Source: Escherichia coli (GTDB taxonomy: Bacteria > Pseudomonadota > Gammaproteobacteria > Enterobacterales > Enterobacteriaceae). Taken from it: DNA of 64,000 bases. The DNA is taken from the NCBI RefSeq assembly GCF_024502345.1, contig NZ_JALDNN010000001.1, one strand, 5' to 3'. Of this stretch, positions 10,222-22,543 are shown one piece after another. The translations under genes were made by a program, and so were the position numbers. A model generated the notes under the pieces. That model did not search any database, was not told the DNA's origin, and saw only the letters and a program-made list of their open reading frames with translations. Within the stretch, counting starts at the first letter, position 1; every line of letters begins with the position of its first letter.

Positions 10222-10327
10222 TACTACTCCTCTGAAAAATAATACAAAAACGGCAGAATCGTGAGATTCCACCGTTAATCTGGTATGTTCAAAGGGATGA
10301 TATATATCTGAAAATTATTAACTTGAT

Positions 10328-11254
10328 CTACTTTTTGTCTTTTTTACGTGATGAAACAGCCTGCAGCCAAGCATGCTTCATTTTCTGAATAAAGAAATAT
10401 TTTTCTTCAACTCCAGTGTCCCAACTATCCATGCATGCAATGATCATCTGTATTCTCATTGCAGTGTTATATGGTTTTAAATAAAAGGGGATCATATTTT
10501 TATTTCTCAGATACTCCCAGCAATAGATAGCTTGCTTTTCATCTTTTTTATCTAGCCAGTCATAATCAGTAAGAAATGTATTATATTGCTCTAGCCATTT
10601 ATCATGCAACTTACGAAAATAGGAAATTTTCTGACTTAAACTTACAGGAGCTAAATCAATAAACCTCATCAAAGTACAAATGCGTTCTTGTTCGGATGTT
10701 GTATTCGGGCTGTAGTTGTCGGGATCTGCGCCAGATGTTAAATAAAATCTACGCGAGTATTTTTCAGGTATATCTCTATTTTTTTCTTTATTGCTAGGGG
10801 AGGTTCCCACCTGCATTTCGGCTTGTACTTCATCAAGTGAGAAATTTTTAATTTCATCAATGTTTATAAATTCAAAAAAGGATGCAGGAGTTGAGTTCGG
10901 GTTGTAAATATTATCTTGTGCAAAGATATTCACGCTCGAGGAGGTTTCAGGACTGATTCTGTTGTTATATATATACATTAAGGCAAACCACGATCCTCTA
11001 TCAGAACCTTTGAAACAATCGAACTTCTCTTTGTCAATGATTTTGTAATGGAACTGTTTTTTCAAGTAAGTACGCGCACTTTGTATTGCTTCATTATTGA
11101 ATAGGAATTTAGTGTTCAATATATGATTAATGAGTTTTTGAAATTCCTCAGGCGTGTCGAAATTACTCGCCTGCTTAATGTAATCTTCGTTGTAATACAG
11201 ACTCAGAACGTAAAGGGAAAAGAACTCCTCTCTCACTTCGTCATACCTAAGCAT
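10328..11254 (-). CDS. hypothetical protein (308 aa), AT-rich orphan gene
   Basis: Long uninterrupted ORF in visibly AT-rich DNA immediately upstream of the yfjP-like GTPase; no motif recognised. Confidence 0.5.
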   Translation of the reverse strand: MLRYDEVREEFFSLYVLSLYYNEDYIKQASNFDTPEEFQKLINHILNTKFLFNNEAIQSARTYLKKQFHYKIIDKEKFDCFKGSDRGSWFALMYIYNNRISPETSSSVNIFAQDNIYNPNSTPASFFEFINIDEIKNFSLDEVQAEMQVGTSPSNKEKNRDIPEKYSRRFYLTSGADPDNYSPNTTSEQERICTLMRFIDLAPVSLSQKISYFRKLHDKWLEQYNTFLTDYDWLDKKDEKQAIYCWEYLRNKNMIPFYLKPYNTAMRIQMIIACMDSWDTGVEEKYFFIQKMKHAWLQAVSSRKKDKK

Positions 11255-11572
11255 GTACCCTCCAGTGTGATATCACATCTGTCCGATGCTTTCAAAAGTA
11301 TAAATGAACCATGATGATTTGGCATCTGCAAGGTGACTGTTGACTGGTTTTTTGCTGATTTTTTAATGATAAAGTAGTGATTACTAACTGATTAGTAAGT
11401 GATTAATGGCTGGTTGCCTCCTGTGATTTTTCTGCCTCTGGTAAATTGGGGGAGAGTACTGATCAACTCACCACTCTGAATAATTTTCATGATTGCACTC
11501 TACAAAGTTTCGACATCCGTCAAATTGTAACGGTCAGAGAACAGCGTTACACGAGGTTTTCCGTATCTATGC

Positions 11573-12629
11573 GGCTTTGTTGAATAAATCGAACTTTTGC
11601 TGAGTTGAAGGATCAGATCACGTATCTTCCCGACAACGCAGACCGTTCCGTGGCAAAGCAAAAGTTCAAAATCACCAACTGGCCCACCTACAATAAAGCC
11701 CTCATCAACCGTGGCTCCATAACTTTCTGGCTGGATGATGAAGCTATTCAGGCCTGGTATGAGTCAGCAACACCTTCTTCACGAGGCAGACCTCAGCGCT
11801 ATTCTGACCTTGCCATCACGACTGTGCTGGTCATTAAACGCGTATTCAGGCTGACCCTGCGCGCTGCGCAGGGCTTTATTGATTCCATTTTTTCTCTGAT
11901 GAACGTTCCGCTACGCTGCCCGGATTACAGCTGTGTCAGCAGGCGGGCAAAGTCGGTTAATGTCAGTTTCAAAACGCCCACCCGGGGTGAAATCGCACAC
12001 CTGGTAATTGATTCCACCGGGCTGAAGGTCTTCGGTGAAGGCGAGTGGAAAGTCAAAAAGCATGGCCAGGAACGCCGCCGTATCTGGCGTAAGCTGCATC
12101 TCGCCGTTGACAGTAAAACACATGAAATCATCTGCGCTGACCTGTCGCTGAACAACGTTACGGACTCAGAGGCCTTCCCCGGGTTAATCCGGCAAACCCA
12201 CCGGAAAATCAGGTCAGCCGCCGCCGATGGCGCTTACGATACCCGGCTATGTCACGATGAACTGCGGCGTAAGAAAATCAGCGCGCTTATCCCTCCCCGA
12301 AAAGGTGCGGGTTACTGGCCCGGTGAATATGCAGACCGTAACCGTGCAGTGGCTAATCAGCGAATGACCGGGAGTAATGCGCGGTGGAAATGGACAACAG
12401 ATTACAACCGTCGCTCGATAGCGGAAACGGCGATGTACCGGGTAAAACAGCTGTTCGGGGGTTCACTGACACTGCGTGACTACGATGGTCAGGTTGCAGA
12501 GGCTATGGCCCTGGTACGAGCGCTGAACAAAATGACGAAAGCAGGTATGCCTGAAAGCGTGCGTATTGCCTGAAAACACAACCCGCTACGGGGGAGACTT
12601 ACCCGAAATCTGATTTATTCAACAAAGCC
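11573..12629 (+). mobile_element. IS903-group insertion sequence (IS5 family), 1057 bp
   Basis: Terminal inverted repeats GGCTTTGTTGAATAAATCG at 11573 and its complement ending at 12629; internal sequence matches recalled IS903; flanking 9-mers differ (no target-site duplication). Confidence 0.9.
11605..12573 (+). CDS. IS903 transposase
   Basis: 322-codon ORF filling the element; DDE transposase of the IS903/IS102 type; ORF track start is a TTG codon. Confidence 0.9.
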   Translation: MKDQITYLPDNADRSVAKQKFKITNWPTYNKALINRGSITFWLDDEAIQAWYESATPSSRGRPQRYSDLAITTVLVIKRVFRLTLRAAQGFIDSIFSLMNVPLRCPDYSCVSRRAKSVNVSFKTPTRGEIAHLVIDSTGLKVFGEGEWKVKKHGQERRRIWRKLHLAVDSKTHEIICADLSLNNVTDSEAFPGLIRQTHRKIRSAAADGAYDTRLCHDELRRKKISALIPPRKGAGYWPGEYADRNRAVANQRMTGSNARWKWTTDYNRRSIAETAMYRVKQLFGGSLTLRDYDGQVAEAMALVRALNKMTKAGMPESVRIA

Positions 12630-13024
12630 ACTGTGTTTATCAAATTCCATGCCCTTTTTGCTGCTTAATTTTAAATGACACTCTGATCATGCACCGTGAT
12701 TGAAATAAGTTATAGCCACCCCTTAATCATTTTTTTCAGACGACATTAACTTCGGAGTAAATAATTTAACACAATGAAATATCAAACCGCATCTGGCCTG
12801 AATGTTGAGTATTAATACGTGACGGATTGTTAATATATATCAGTACATAAACCCCAATATTCCAGTAATACACACCTACACAATACACACCAAGCAATTT
12901 AGTCAGCATCACCCAACTAACATCCAACACAAACTCAATAAGCCAGATTTGATACCACCTAATTACCTCAACCATCGCGGGTAAGGTTCCGTCCTGCCCG
13001 ATATTCAGATCACAGGAATCTATT

Positions 13025-13636
13025 ATGCTTAATGATATTTATCTTGACCAACGTCATGCCCCATTCAATACAACGTATTTGCAACGGATGCTGGGTGTAA
13101 TTGATAACGCTATAGCACAACACCCAAGGACAATGGCTGTCCGTGTCGATCTACGTCTGCCTGATGACAACTGTAATAGGAATAGTGGTCTGATATCCCG
13201 TTTCATTGAATCGCTTAATGCAAAAATCGATGCTCGGTACCGAAATAAAATAAAGAATGGCATCAGGAGCTACCCATGCCAGTTGCGTTACGCCTGGGTT
13301 CGGGAAGTGGGAGAAATAAACGAGAAGTCCCATTACCACATGGTACTTTTCGTGAACAAAGACACATTCAATGGACTTGGGAGCTATGGAGAAGGGGGAA
13401 CGGGATTAGCCAGCCTGATACGTGAAGCCTGGCTGAGCGCTTTGCAACTAGGCCCTTACCCCGAATACCGAACGTTGGTCCACATCCCGGACAACCCATT
13501 GTATTACCTGGACGTCAATAATTTAGACTACAAAACGGTTTACGATAAACTCACTTTCAGGCTGAGTTATTTTGCGAAAGAGCGCACCAAGTCATACAGC
13601 CGAGATGAACGCTCGTTTGGCTGCAGTCAGTCCTGA
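13025..13636 (+). CDS. YagK/YfjJ-family (inovirus Gp2-like) island protein
   Basis: 203 aa starting MLNDIYLDQRHAPFNTTYLQRM...; family typical of CP4-type islands (recalled similarity). Confidence 0.6.
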   Translation: MLNDIYLDQRHAPFNTTYLQRMLGVIDNAIAQHPRTMAVRVDLRLPDDNCNRNSGLISRFIESLNAKIDARYRNKIKNGIRSYPCQLRYAWVREVGEINEKSHYHMVLFVNKDTFNGLGSYGEGGTGLASLIREAWLSALQLGPYPEYRTLVHIPDNPLYYLDVNNLDYKTVYDKLTFRLSYFAKERTKSYSRDERSFGCSQS

Positions 13637-13941
13637 GGCAAAACAAACTAAGTCTATAAAGATTTTTTCAGCCTGGCTCTAATCGACTGAATCTCAGCAT
13701 ACTCCGCTTTTGAAGCCTTGACACGTCAGTTGTTCTTTCACCTCTGAGTGGCTACTCGCGACTGCCTGCAGGAGACTGATTATGTTATTGACCGCAAAAT
13801 CCATTAACTGACTTTTCGACTTAATCTCCTTAAGTTATGTGAGAAATTTGCCGATATGAAAACATGATCCTCCAGTCGCTACTGACATGCCCTGTCAGTA
13901 GCGACTGGTAATCTCAAGGAAAAATTACAAGGAGAACGCGC

Positions 13942-14170
13942 ATGAGCGGGCATGAGGTAATGGTACAAAGAATAACCGCTATTATTGCAGAACTTTACCA
14001 GTACGGTTTTGTATCACGTAAGAAGATGATGGACGAATTCAACATCAGTGAGCGTACTTTGTATCGTGATCTTAATCGTCTGGGCGACAGAATCGTCCCC
14101 GATGGTGATGGTATTTACAGGCTGGCTCCCGCTTACGCTAAACCTCAGGCTCTAAAAGAACAACAAAATC
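13942..14170 (+). pseudogene. N-terminal HTH fragment of a YfjR-like regulator, truncated at the junction with appC
   Basis: Frame encodes ...MMDEFNISERTLYRDLNRL... then runs out of frame into appC sequence at ~14170. Confidence 0.4.
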
Positions 14171-15133
14171 TCGGCCATGTTTATTATGGCGATCAGCGCC
14201 TGGTATTTACTGCGCGGACGGGAGCGCGATGTCGCATTACGCTCGTTTGCCATCGGTTCCGTCTTCGGTACTCTGGCGATTATTGGCACGCTGCAACTCG
14301 GAGACAGTTCTGCGTATGAAGTCGCGCAAGTACAACCGGTAAAACTGGCGGCGATGGAAGGGGAGTGGCAAACGGAACCTGCACCTGCACCGTTCCATGT
14401 GGTTGCCTGGCCGGAACAGGATCAAGAGCGTAACGCCTTTGCCATCAAAATTCCCGCGCTGCTAGGGATCCTCGCCACTCACTCATTAGATAAACCCGTG
14501 CCGGGTCTGAAGAATTTGATGGCTGAAACCTACCCACGCTTGCAACGCGGACGTATGGCCTGGCTGTTAATGCAGGAAATATCGCAAGGCAATCGTGAGC
14601 CGCATGTGTTGCAGGCATTCCGGGAACTGGAAGGTGACCTGGGCTACGGCATGTTGCTCTCCCGCTATGCGCCGGATATGAATCATGTCACAGCCGCACA
14701 GTACCAGGCGGCGATGCGTGGTGCAATACCTCAGGTTGCGCCGGTATTCTGGAGTTTCCGCATCATGGTGGGCTGTGGTTCCCTGCTGCTACTGGTGATG
14801 CTGATTGCGCTTGTCCAGACGCTGCGTGGCAAAATCGACCAGCATCGCTGGGTGCTGAAAATGGCGCTCTGGAGTTTGCCGTTGCCGTGGATTGCGATTG
14901 AAGCCGGGTGGTTTATGACCGAGTTTGGTCGTCAGCCGTGGGCGATACAGGACATCTTACCGACATACTCCGCGCACTCCGCCTTAACCACAGGACAACT
15001 GGCTTTCTCACTGATCATGATCGTAGGGCTTTACACCCTGTTCTTAATCGCCGAAGTCTACCTGATGCAGAAATATGCCCGTCTGGGGCCGAGCGCGATG
15101 CAGAGTGAACAACCGACGCAGCAACAGGGGTAA
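14170..15133 (+). pseudogene. appC: cytochrome bd-II ubiquinol oxidase subunit I, 5'-truncated (C-terminal ~320 codons only)
   Basis: Protein from ...AMFIMAISAWYLLRGRER to ...SEQPTQQQG matches the C-terminal part of AppC; upstream sequence is island DNA. Confidence 0.85.
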
Positions 15134-15144
15134 AGGAGAAAATC

Positions 15145-16281
15145 ATGTTTGATTATGAAACATTGCGCTTCATCTGGTGGCTGCTGATTGGCGTGATCCT
15201 GGTGGTCTTTATGATCTCCGACGGATTTGACATGGGGATCGGCTGTTTGCTGCCGCTGGTGGCGCGTAATGATGATGAACGCCGGATAGTGATTAATAGC
15301 GTTGGTGCGCACTGGGAAGGCAATCAGGTCTGGTTGATCCTCGCAGGTGGGGCATTATTTGCCGCCTGGCCCAGAGTGTATGCAGCGGCGTTTTCCGGCT
15401 TTTATGTGGCGATGATCCTGGTGCTGTGCTCGCTGTTCTTCCGCCCGCTGGCCTTTGATTATCGCGGAAAAATCGCCGATGCACGCTGGCGTAAAATGTG
15501 GGATGCCGGTCTGGTCATCGGCAGTCTGGTGCCGCCGGTAGTCTTCGGTATCGCCTTCGGCAACTTGTTGCTCGGCGTGCCGTTTGCCTTCACACCGCAA
15601 TTACGCGTGGAGTATCTCGGCAGCTTCTGGCAACTGCTGACGCCATTCCCTTTATTGTGCGGATTGCTCAGCCTTGGGATGGTGATTTTGCAAGGTGGCG
15701 TCTGGTTACAACTGAAAACTGTTGGTGTGATTCATCTGCGTTCACAGCTGGCGACTAAACGCGCTGCACTGTTGGTGATGCTGTGCTTTTTGCTGGCGGG
15801 TTACTGGCTGTGGGTCGGTATTGATGGCTTTGTACTGCTCGCCCAGGATGCTAACGGTCCTTCCAATCCGTTAATGAAACTGGTGGCAGTGCTACCTGGT
15901 GCCTGGATGAATAATTTTGTCGAGTCGCCCGTTTTGTGGATCTTCCCGCTACTGGGGTTCTTCTGCCCATTGCTGACGGTGATGGCGATTTATCGTGGTC
16001 GCCCGGGTTGGGGATTTTTGATGGCATCATTGATGCAATTTGGCGTGATTTTCACGGCAGGCATCACGCTGTTCCCCTTTGTCATGCCGTCAAGCGTGAG
16101 TCCAATCTCCAGCCTGACGTTGTGGGACAGCACTTCCAGTCAGCTGACGCTGAGTATTATGTTGGTAATCGTGCTGATATTTTTGCCCATTGTGTTGCTC
16201 TACACTCTCTGGAGCTACTACAAAATGTGGGGGCGCATGACGACAGAAACTCTCCGCCGTAACGAAAACGAGCTGTACTAA
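15145..16281 (+). CDS. appB: cytochrome bd-II ubiquinol oxidase subunit II
   Basis: 378 aa, [21 protein letters not shown]...; SD AAGGAG upstream. Confidence 0.9.
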
Positions 16282-16293
16282 GGAGCAGGAACA

Positions 16294-16386
16294 ATGTGGT
16301 ATTTACTTTGGTTCGTCGGCATTTTGTTGATGTGTTCGCTCTCCACCCTTGTGTTGGTATGGCTGGACCCGCGATTGAAAAGTTAA
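16294..16386 (+). CDS. appX: cytochrome bd-II accessory small membrane protein
   Basis: 30-codon ORF MWYLLWFVGILLMCSLSTLVLVWLDPRLKS between appB and appA with SD AGGAGCAGGA. Confidence 0.7.
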   Translation: MWYLLWFVGILLMCSLSTLVLVWLDPRLKS

Positions 16387-16465
16387 CGAACGTAAGTCTG
16401 ATGCGGCGCATTAGCGTCGTATCAGGCAATCAATAATGTCGGATATGAAAAGCGGAAACATATCG

Positions 16466-17764
16466 ATGAAAGCGATCTTGATCCCATTTTTATCTCTTCT
16501 GATTCCGTTAACCCCGCAATCTGCATTCGCTCAGAGTGAGCCGGAGCTGAAGCTGGAAAGTGTGGTGATTGTCAGTCGTCATGGTGTGCGTGCCCCAACC
16601 AAGGCCACGCAACTGATGCAGGATGTCACCCCAGACGCATGGCCAACCTGGCCGGTAAAACTGGGTTGGCTGACACCGCGCGGTGGTGAGCTAATCGCTT
16701 ATCTCGGACATTACCAACGCCAGCGTCTGGTAGCCGACGGATTGCTGACGAAAAAGGGCTGCCCGCAGCCTGGTCAGGTCGCGATTATTGCTGATGTCGA
16801 CGAGCGTACCCGTAAAACAGGCGAAGCCTTCGCCGCCGGGCTGGCACCTGACTGTGCAATAACCGTACATACCCAGGCAGATACGTCCAGTCCCGATCCG
16901 TTATTTAATCCTCTAAAAACTGGCGTTTGCCAACTGGATAACGCGAACGTGACTGACGCGATCCTCAGCAGGGCTGGAGGGTCAATTGCTGACTTTACCG
17001 GGCATCGGCAAACGGCGTTTCGCGAACTGGAACGGGTGCTTAATTTTCCGCAATCAAACTTGTGCCTTAACCGTGAGAAACAGGACGAAAGCTGTTCATT
17101 AACGCAGGCATTACCATCGGAACTCAAGGTGAGCGCCGACAATGTCTCATTAACCGGTGCGGTAAGCCTCGCATCAATGCTGACGGAGATATTTCTCCTG
17201 CAACAGGCACAGGGAATGCCGGAGCCGGGGTGGGGAAGGATCACTGATTCACACCAGTGGAACACGTTGCTAAGTTTGCATAACGCGCAATTTTATTTAC
17301 TACAACGCACGCCGGAGGTTGCCCGCAGCCGCGCCACCCCGTTGTTGGATTTGATCATGACAGCGTTGACGCCCCATCCACCGCAAAAACAGGCGTATGG
17401 TGTGATATTACCCACTTCAGTGCTGTTTATCGCCGGACACGATACTAATCTGGCAAATCTCGGCGGCGCACTGGAGCTCAACTGGACGCTTCCAGGTCAG
17501 CCGGATAACACGCCGCCAGGTGGTGAACTGGTGTTTGAACGCTGGCGTCGGCTAAGCGATAACAGCCAGTGGATTCAGGTTTCGCTGGTCTTCCAGACTT
17601 TACAGCAGATGCGTGATAAAACGCCGCTGTCATTAAATACGCCGCCCGGAGAGGTGAAACTGACCCTGGCAGGATGTGAAGAGCGAAATGCGCAGGGCAT
17701 GTGTTCGTTGGCCGGTTTTACGCAAATCGTGAATGAAGCACGCATACCGGCGTGCAGTTTGTAA
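16466..17764 (+). CDS. appA: periplasmic acid phosphatase/phytase AppA
   Basis: Signal peptide MKAILIPFLSLLIPLTPQSAFA, histidine acid phosphatase motif RHGVRAP; start placed at ATG 16466 rather than ORF-track start. Confidence 0.9.
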   Translation: MKAILIPFLSLLIPLTPQSAFAQSEPELKLESVVIVSRHGVRAPTKATQLMQDVTPDAWPTWPVKLGWLTPRGGELIAYLGHYQRQRLVADGLLTKKGCPQPGQVAIIADVDERTRKTGEAFAAGLAPDCAITVHTQADTSSPDPLFNPLKTGVCQLDNANVTDAILSRAGGSIADFTGHRQTAFRELERVLNFPQSNLCLNREKQDESCSLTQALPSELKVSADNVSLTGAVSLASMLTEIFLLQQAQGMPEPGWGRITDSHQWNTLLSLHNAQFYLLQRTPEVARSRATPLLDLIMTALTPHPPQKQAYGVILPTSVLFIAGHDTNLANLGGALELNWTLPGQPDNTPPGGELVFERWRRLSDNSQWIQVSLVFQTLQQMRDKTPLSLNTPPGEVKLTLAGCEERNAQGMCSLAGFTQIVNEARIPACSL

Positions 17765-17774
17765 TGCATAAAAA

Positions 17775-17800
17775 AGAGCATTCAGCTACCTGAATGCTCT
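17775..17800. terminator. bidirectional stem-loop between convergent appA and etk
   Basis: Perfect 11-bp inverted repeat AGAGCATTCAG / CTGAATGCTCT with 4-nt loop, preceded by an A-run. Confidence 0.5.
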
Positions 17801-17883
17801 GAGGCTGATGACAAACGAAGAACTGTCTAATGCGTAGACCGGAAAAGGCGTTCACGCCGCATCCGGTCACTTTACCTTCAGTT

Positions 17884-18578
17884 TTACTCTTTCTCGGAGT
17901 AACTATAACCGTAATAGTTATAGCCGTAACTGTAAGCGGTGCTGGCGCGTTTAATCACACCATTGAGGATAGCGCCTTTAATATTGACGCCTGCCTGTTC
18001 CAGACGCTGCATTGACAAGCTCACCTCTTTGGCGGTGTTCAGGCCAAAACGCGCAACCAGCAGGCTGGTGCCGACAGAGCGCCCCACGACCGCAGCATCG
18101 CTCACCGCCAGCATCGGCGGCGTATCGACAATCACCAGATCGTAATGGTCGTTCGCCCATTCCAGTAATTGACGCATCCGATCGCGCATCAGCAGTTCAG
18201 ACGGGTTAGGTGGCATCTGACCGCGAGTAATCACATCAAAGCCTCCTTTGCCAAAATGCTGGATCACTTTGTTGAGCTCATCTTTACCTGCCAGATATTC
18301 CGACAAGCCATGTGCATTACTCACGGTAAACAGGTTATGCGAATAACCATGGCGTAAGTCGGCATCAATAAATAACACTTTTTGATCGGACTGGGCGATC
18401 ACCGCTGCCAGAGTTGAACTGACAAATGTTTTACCACTGTCTGGCGTCGCACCGGTGATCATCAGAATGTTATTCTCAGTCTCCATCATAGCGAAATGCA
18501 GACTGGTTCGTAGCGCACGTACGGCTTCCACAGCAGAATCCGCCGGGTTATCCACCGCCAGGAAGGGGATATTTTTAG
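17884..18578 (-). pseudogene. etk: tyrosine-protein kinase Etk, 3' fragment truncated by IS5
   Basis: Encodes the C-terminal BY-kinase domain with Walker A GKTFVSSTLAAV and Tyr-rich tail YSYGYNYYGYSYSEKE; coding sequence abuts the IS5 end at 18579. Confidence 0.8.
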
Positions 18579-19773
<1,195 letters not shown>

Positions 19774-20368
19774 CAAGAGAACGCAACAGCGCACTTGCTT
19801 TGCCACAGTTGAATTTTGTGCCGTAACGATGTGCAAGCATGTAAGCATAAGGAGTCAAGGTATAGCGTGTTACTTAGTTACTCGGATTAACAATCCCAAC
19901 GTACAGAGCGGCGGATTTACAGAGTCAGCGCAGTCCCTGCTCCGGCAGTCAGTGGCAGGCGGCGTACTGAAGCAAACCATTATCGATACCGGCATCGGCG
20001 ATACCATCGGCATGCTGATGTCACACGGCAATATTTCTCCCTACATCATGGCGTGGTTGATAACCGTGCTGATCCGTCTGGCAACGGGTCAGGGCGTGGT
20101 CTCAGCCATGACGGCGGCGGGGATTATTAGCGCAGCAATCCTCGACCCGGCAACCGGTCAACTGGTGGGCGTCGACCCGGCGTTGCTGGTGCTGGCAACA
20201 GCGGCTGGCTCCAACACGCTGACCCATATCAACGATGCTTCGTTCTGGCTGTTCAAAGGCTACTTTGATCTGTCGGTGAAGGATACGCTGAAAACCTGGG
20301 GTCTGCTGGAGCTGGTAAACTCCGTGGTTGGCCTGATAATCGTGTTGATCATCAGCATGATTGCATAA
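19774..20368 (+). pseudogene. GntP-family permease, 3' fragment truncated by IS5
   Basis: Frame immediately right of IS5 encodes the hydrophobic C-terminus ...[37 protein letters not shown]...; no N-terminal part present. Confidence 0.55.
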
Positions 20369-20417
20369 CGTTGATACCGCTCTGGCCCACAGCGCCAGAG
20401 CGGTTTTCCATCCTGCC

Positions 20418-21113
20418 TCAACAATCCTCAATAATCAGATATACCGCCTTCACCGGACCATGCACCCCAACCACCTTGATAAGCTCAATATCCGCCGTCG
20501 AGCTGGGTCCACTGATGATATTAATGCACGATGGCATACGCTCACCGGCCTGTGCTTTCTGATGCAGTTTTTCTGCCAGCTGCGCCACGCGCGGCAGGAT
20601 GGTGCTTTTACGCAGCACGAAAATAGAGGACTCCGGCAACAGGCTCAGGGAGCGCCCGCGCTCCGGTGCGGAAAACAGCACCACGCCGCCGGACTCGGTC
20701 AGGCCATATTCGGCATACACCACGCCGACTTTCGCCTGCTCGGCCTGGGTAATATTTTCGCTACCACGCGCCGGATCCCAGACCACGGCGTTGCATTCCT
20801 GCTGCAAGCGTTCGGTGATGCCCAGCTCCACCAGCCGGCTGTCGCCGCTCAGCACCACCGGCTGCTGACCCAATTCTTCGCACAGGCGCAGTGCCGCGTC
20901 TGCGGCCTGGTCCTCGCTGGTCAGTTCGCAGCGGGCCAGCATCACTTCGCTGGCAAACTGGATAAACGCAGAGCAGCGCTGCTCGGGGCTAAGCTCGGTC
21001 AGGCGCTCGTTGGCATAGTTGTTAACCGGTGCGGCATCCGCTTGCGGTTCGAAGCGCAGCGGGCGACCCAGCGCCTGGGCGATGGTGTTTAAAAACGCGG
21101 TACGGTTATCCAT
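20418..21113 (-). CDS. ykgG: lactate utilisation protein LutC-like (YkgG)
   Basis: Start placed at MDNRTAFLNTIAQALG; third gene of a ykgEFG-like operon. Confidence 0.8.
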   Translation of the reverse strand: MDNRTAFLNTIAQALGRPLRFEPQADAAPVNNYANERLTELSPEQRCSAFIQFASEVMLARCELTSEDQAADAALRLCEELGQQPVVLSGDSRLVELGITERLQQECNAVVWDPARGSENITQAEQAKVGVVYAEYGLTESGGVVLFSAPERGRSLSLLPESSIFVLRKSTILPRVAQLAEKLHQKAQAGERMPSCINIISGPSSTADIELIKVVGVHGPVKAVYLIIEDC

Positions 21114-22533
21114 TCTTTTTCTCCTGCGCCTGATGTTTCTTAAACCAGCTGCGGAAGCTCTCGCCGTCAGCATCAGGCAGATCGCGCGCCTCCATCCAGT
21201 CACCAATCGCGCCAACCTTGAGCGGGGTTTTGCCGCCATTGATAAACCAGCTCGCCGCATGCGCGCCCGCCATCATCCCGACTTTCCACAGCCCCGGATG
21301 GCTATTGGCATAGGCGAACATCTTGATCGCCCGTCGCTCGGCTTTCGGCGTAATGCCCTCCTCGGCCATCACCCGGCGATGACGCAGGATCAGTTTTGAC
21401 AACGGAATACGCACCGGGCAGACGCTGTCACAAGCCGTGCACAAAGAACAGGCGTACGGCAGGTCTTTAAAATCTTTATAGCCGCCGAGCAGCGGAGAAA
21501 TCACCGCGCCGATAGGGCCGGGATAGATAGAGCCATAGCCGTGCCCGCCGATGTGGCGGTACGCCGGACAGGTGTTCATACAGGCTCCGCAGCGGATGCA
21601 GCGCAGCACATCGCGAAACTCTGAGCCCAGCACCTGCGAGCGACCGTTATCGACAATCACCAGATGGAACTCTTCCGGTCCGTCAACGTTGTCCGCCTCA
21701 CGCGGGCCGGTCAGCCAGGTGTTGTAGCCCGTCAGACGTGCGCCCACGGCGCTGCGCGCCAGCATGGTAATCAGCACATCCACCTCGGCAAAGGTCGGCG
21801 CGATACGCTCCATGCCCATCACCGCAATGTGCGTTTTCGGTAGCGTGGTGCACATGCGCGCGTTGCCTTCGTTGGTCACCAGACACACCGAGCCGGTTTC
21901 CGCCACGGCAAAGTTACAGCCAGTAATACCGATTTCGGCACTGAGGAAATCCTCGCGGATCTTCTGACGAATGAACAAGGTCATAGCTTCCGGGGTTTCC
22001 GGGCCGTCGTACCCCAGACGTTCGTTCAGCACGCGGCGGATCTGGTAGCGATCTTTATGAATCGCCGGAACCACGACGTGCGAAGGCGGATCCTGATCCA
22101 ACTGCAGGATATATTCCCCGAGATCGGTTTCGATCACCTGGATTCCGGCATCCTGCAACACATGGTTGACGCTGATTTCTTCGGTCACCATCGACTTGGA
22201 CTTCACCACCTTCTGCGCATTTTTACTCTGCGCGACCTGCAAAATGTAGCGAGTGGCATCTTCTTTGGTTTTGGCGAAATAGACGTGTCCGCCGTTTTCC
22301 GTCACTTTCTCGGAGAGTTGGTACAGGTAAGCGTCGAGGTTGCTCAGAACGTGATCGCGGATCTGGCTGGCACGATCGCGCCATTCTTCCCAGTGGCCTA
22401 ACTCATCGACCATTTTTTGCCGATTCGCGCCGATACGCTCCTGCGCATTAGCCACGGCTTTGCGCATAATCGGATCTTCTATCTGCTGACGAATACGCAG
22501 TTTAAATTCTACATCGCTGGTTTTTATCGACAT
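21106..22533 (-). CDS. ykgF: iron-sulfur lactate utilisation protein LutB-like (YkgF)
   Basis: 475 aa with two 4Fe-4S ferredoxin-type Cys clusters (CIRCGACMNTCP, CSLCTACDSVCP). Confidence 0.85.
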   Translation of the reverse strand: MSIKTSDVEFKLRIRQQIEDPIMRKAVANAQERIGANRQKMVDELGHWEEWRDRASQIRDHVLSNLDAYLYQLSEKVTENGGHVYFAKTKEDATRYILQVAQSKNAQKVVKSKSMVTEEISVNHVLQDAGIQVIETDLGEYILQLDQDPPSHVVVPAIHKDRYQIRRVLNERLGYDGPETPEAMTLFIRQKIREDFLSAEIGITGCNFAVAETGSVCLVTNEGNARMCTTLPKTHIAVMGMERIAPTFAEVDVLITMLARSAVGARLTGYNTWLTGPREADNVDGPEEFHLVIVDNGRSQVLGSEFRDVLRCIRCGACMNTCPAYRHIGGHGYGSIYPGPIGAVISPLLGGYKDFKDLPYACSLCTACDSVCPVRIPLSKLILRHRRVMAEEGITPKAERRAIKMFAYANSHPGLWKVGMMAGAHAASWFINGGKTPLKVGAIGDWMEARDLPDADGESFRSWFKKHQAQEKKNG

Positions 22534-22543
22534 CTCTTTCCCC

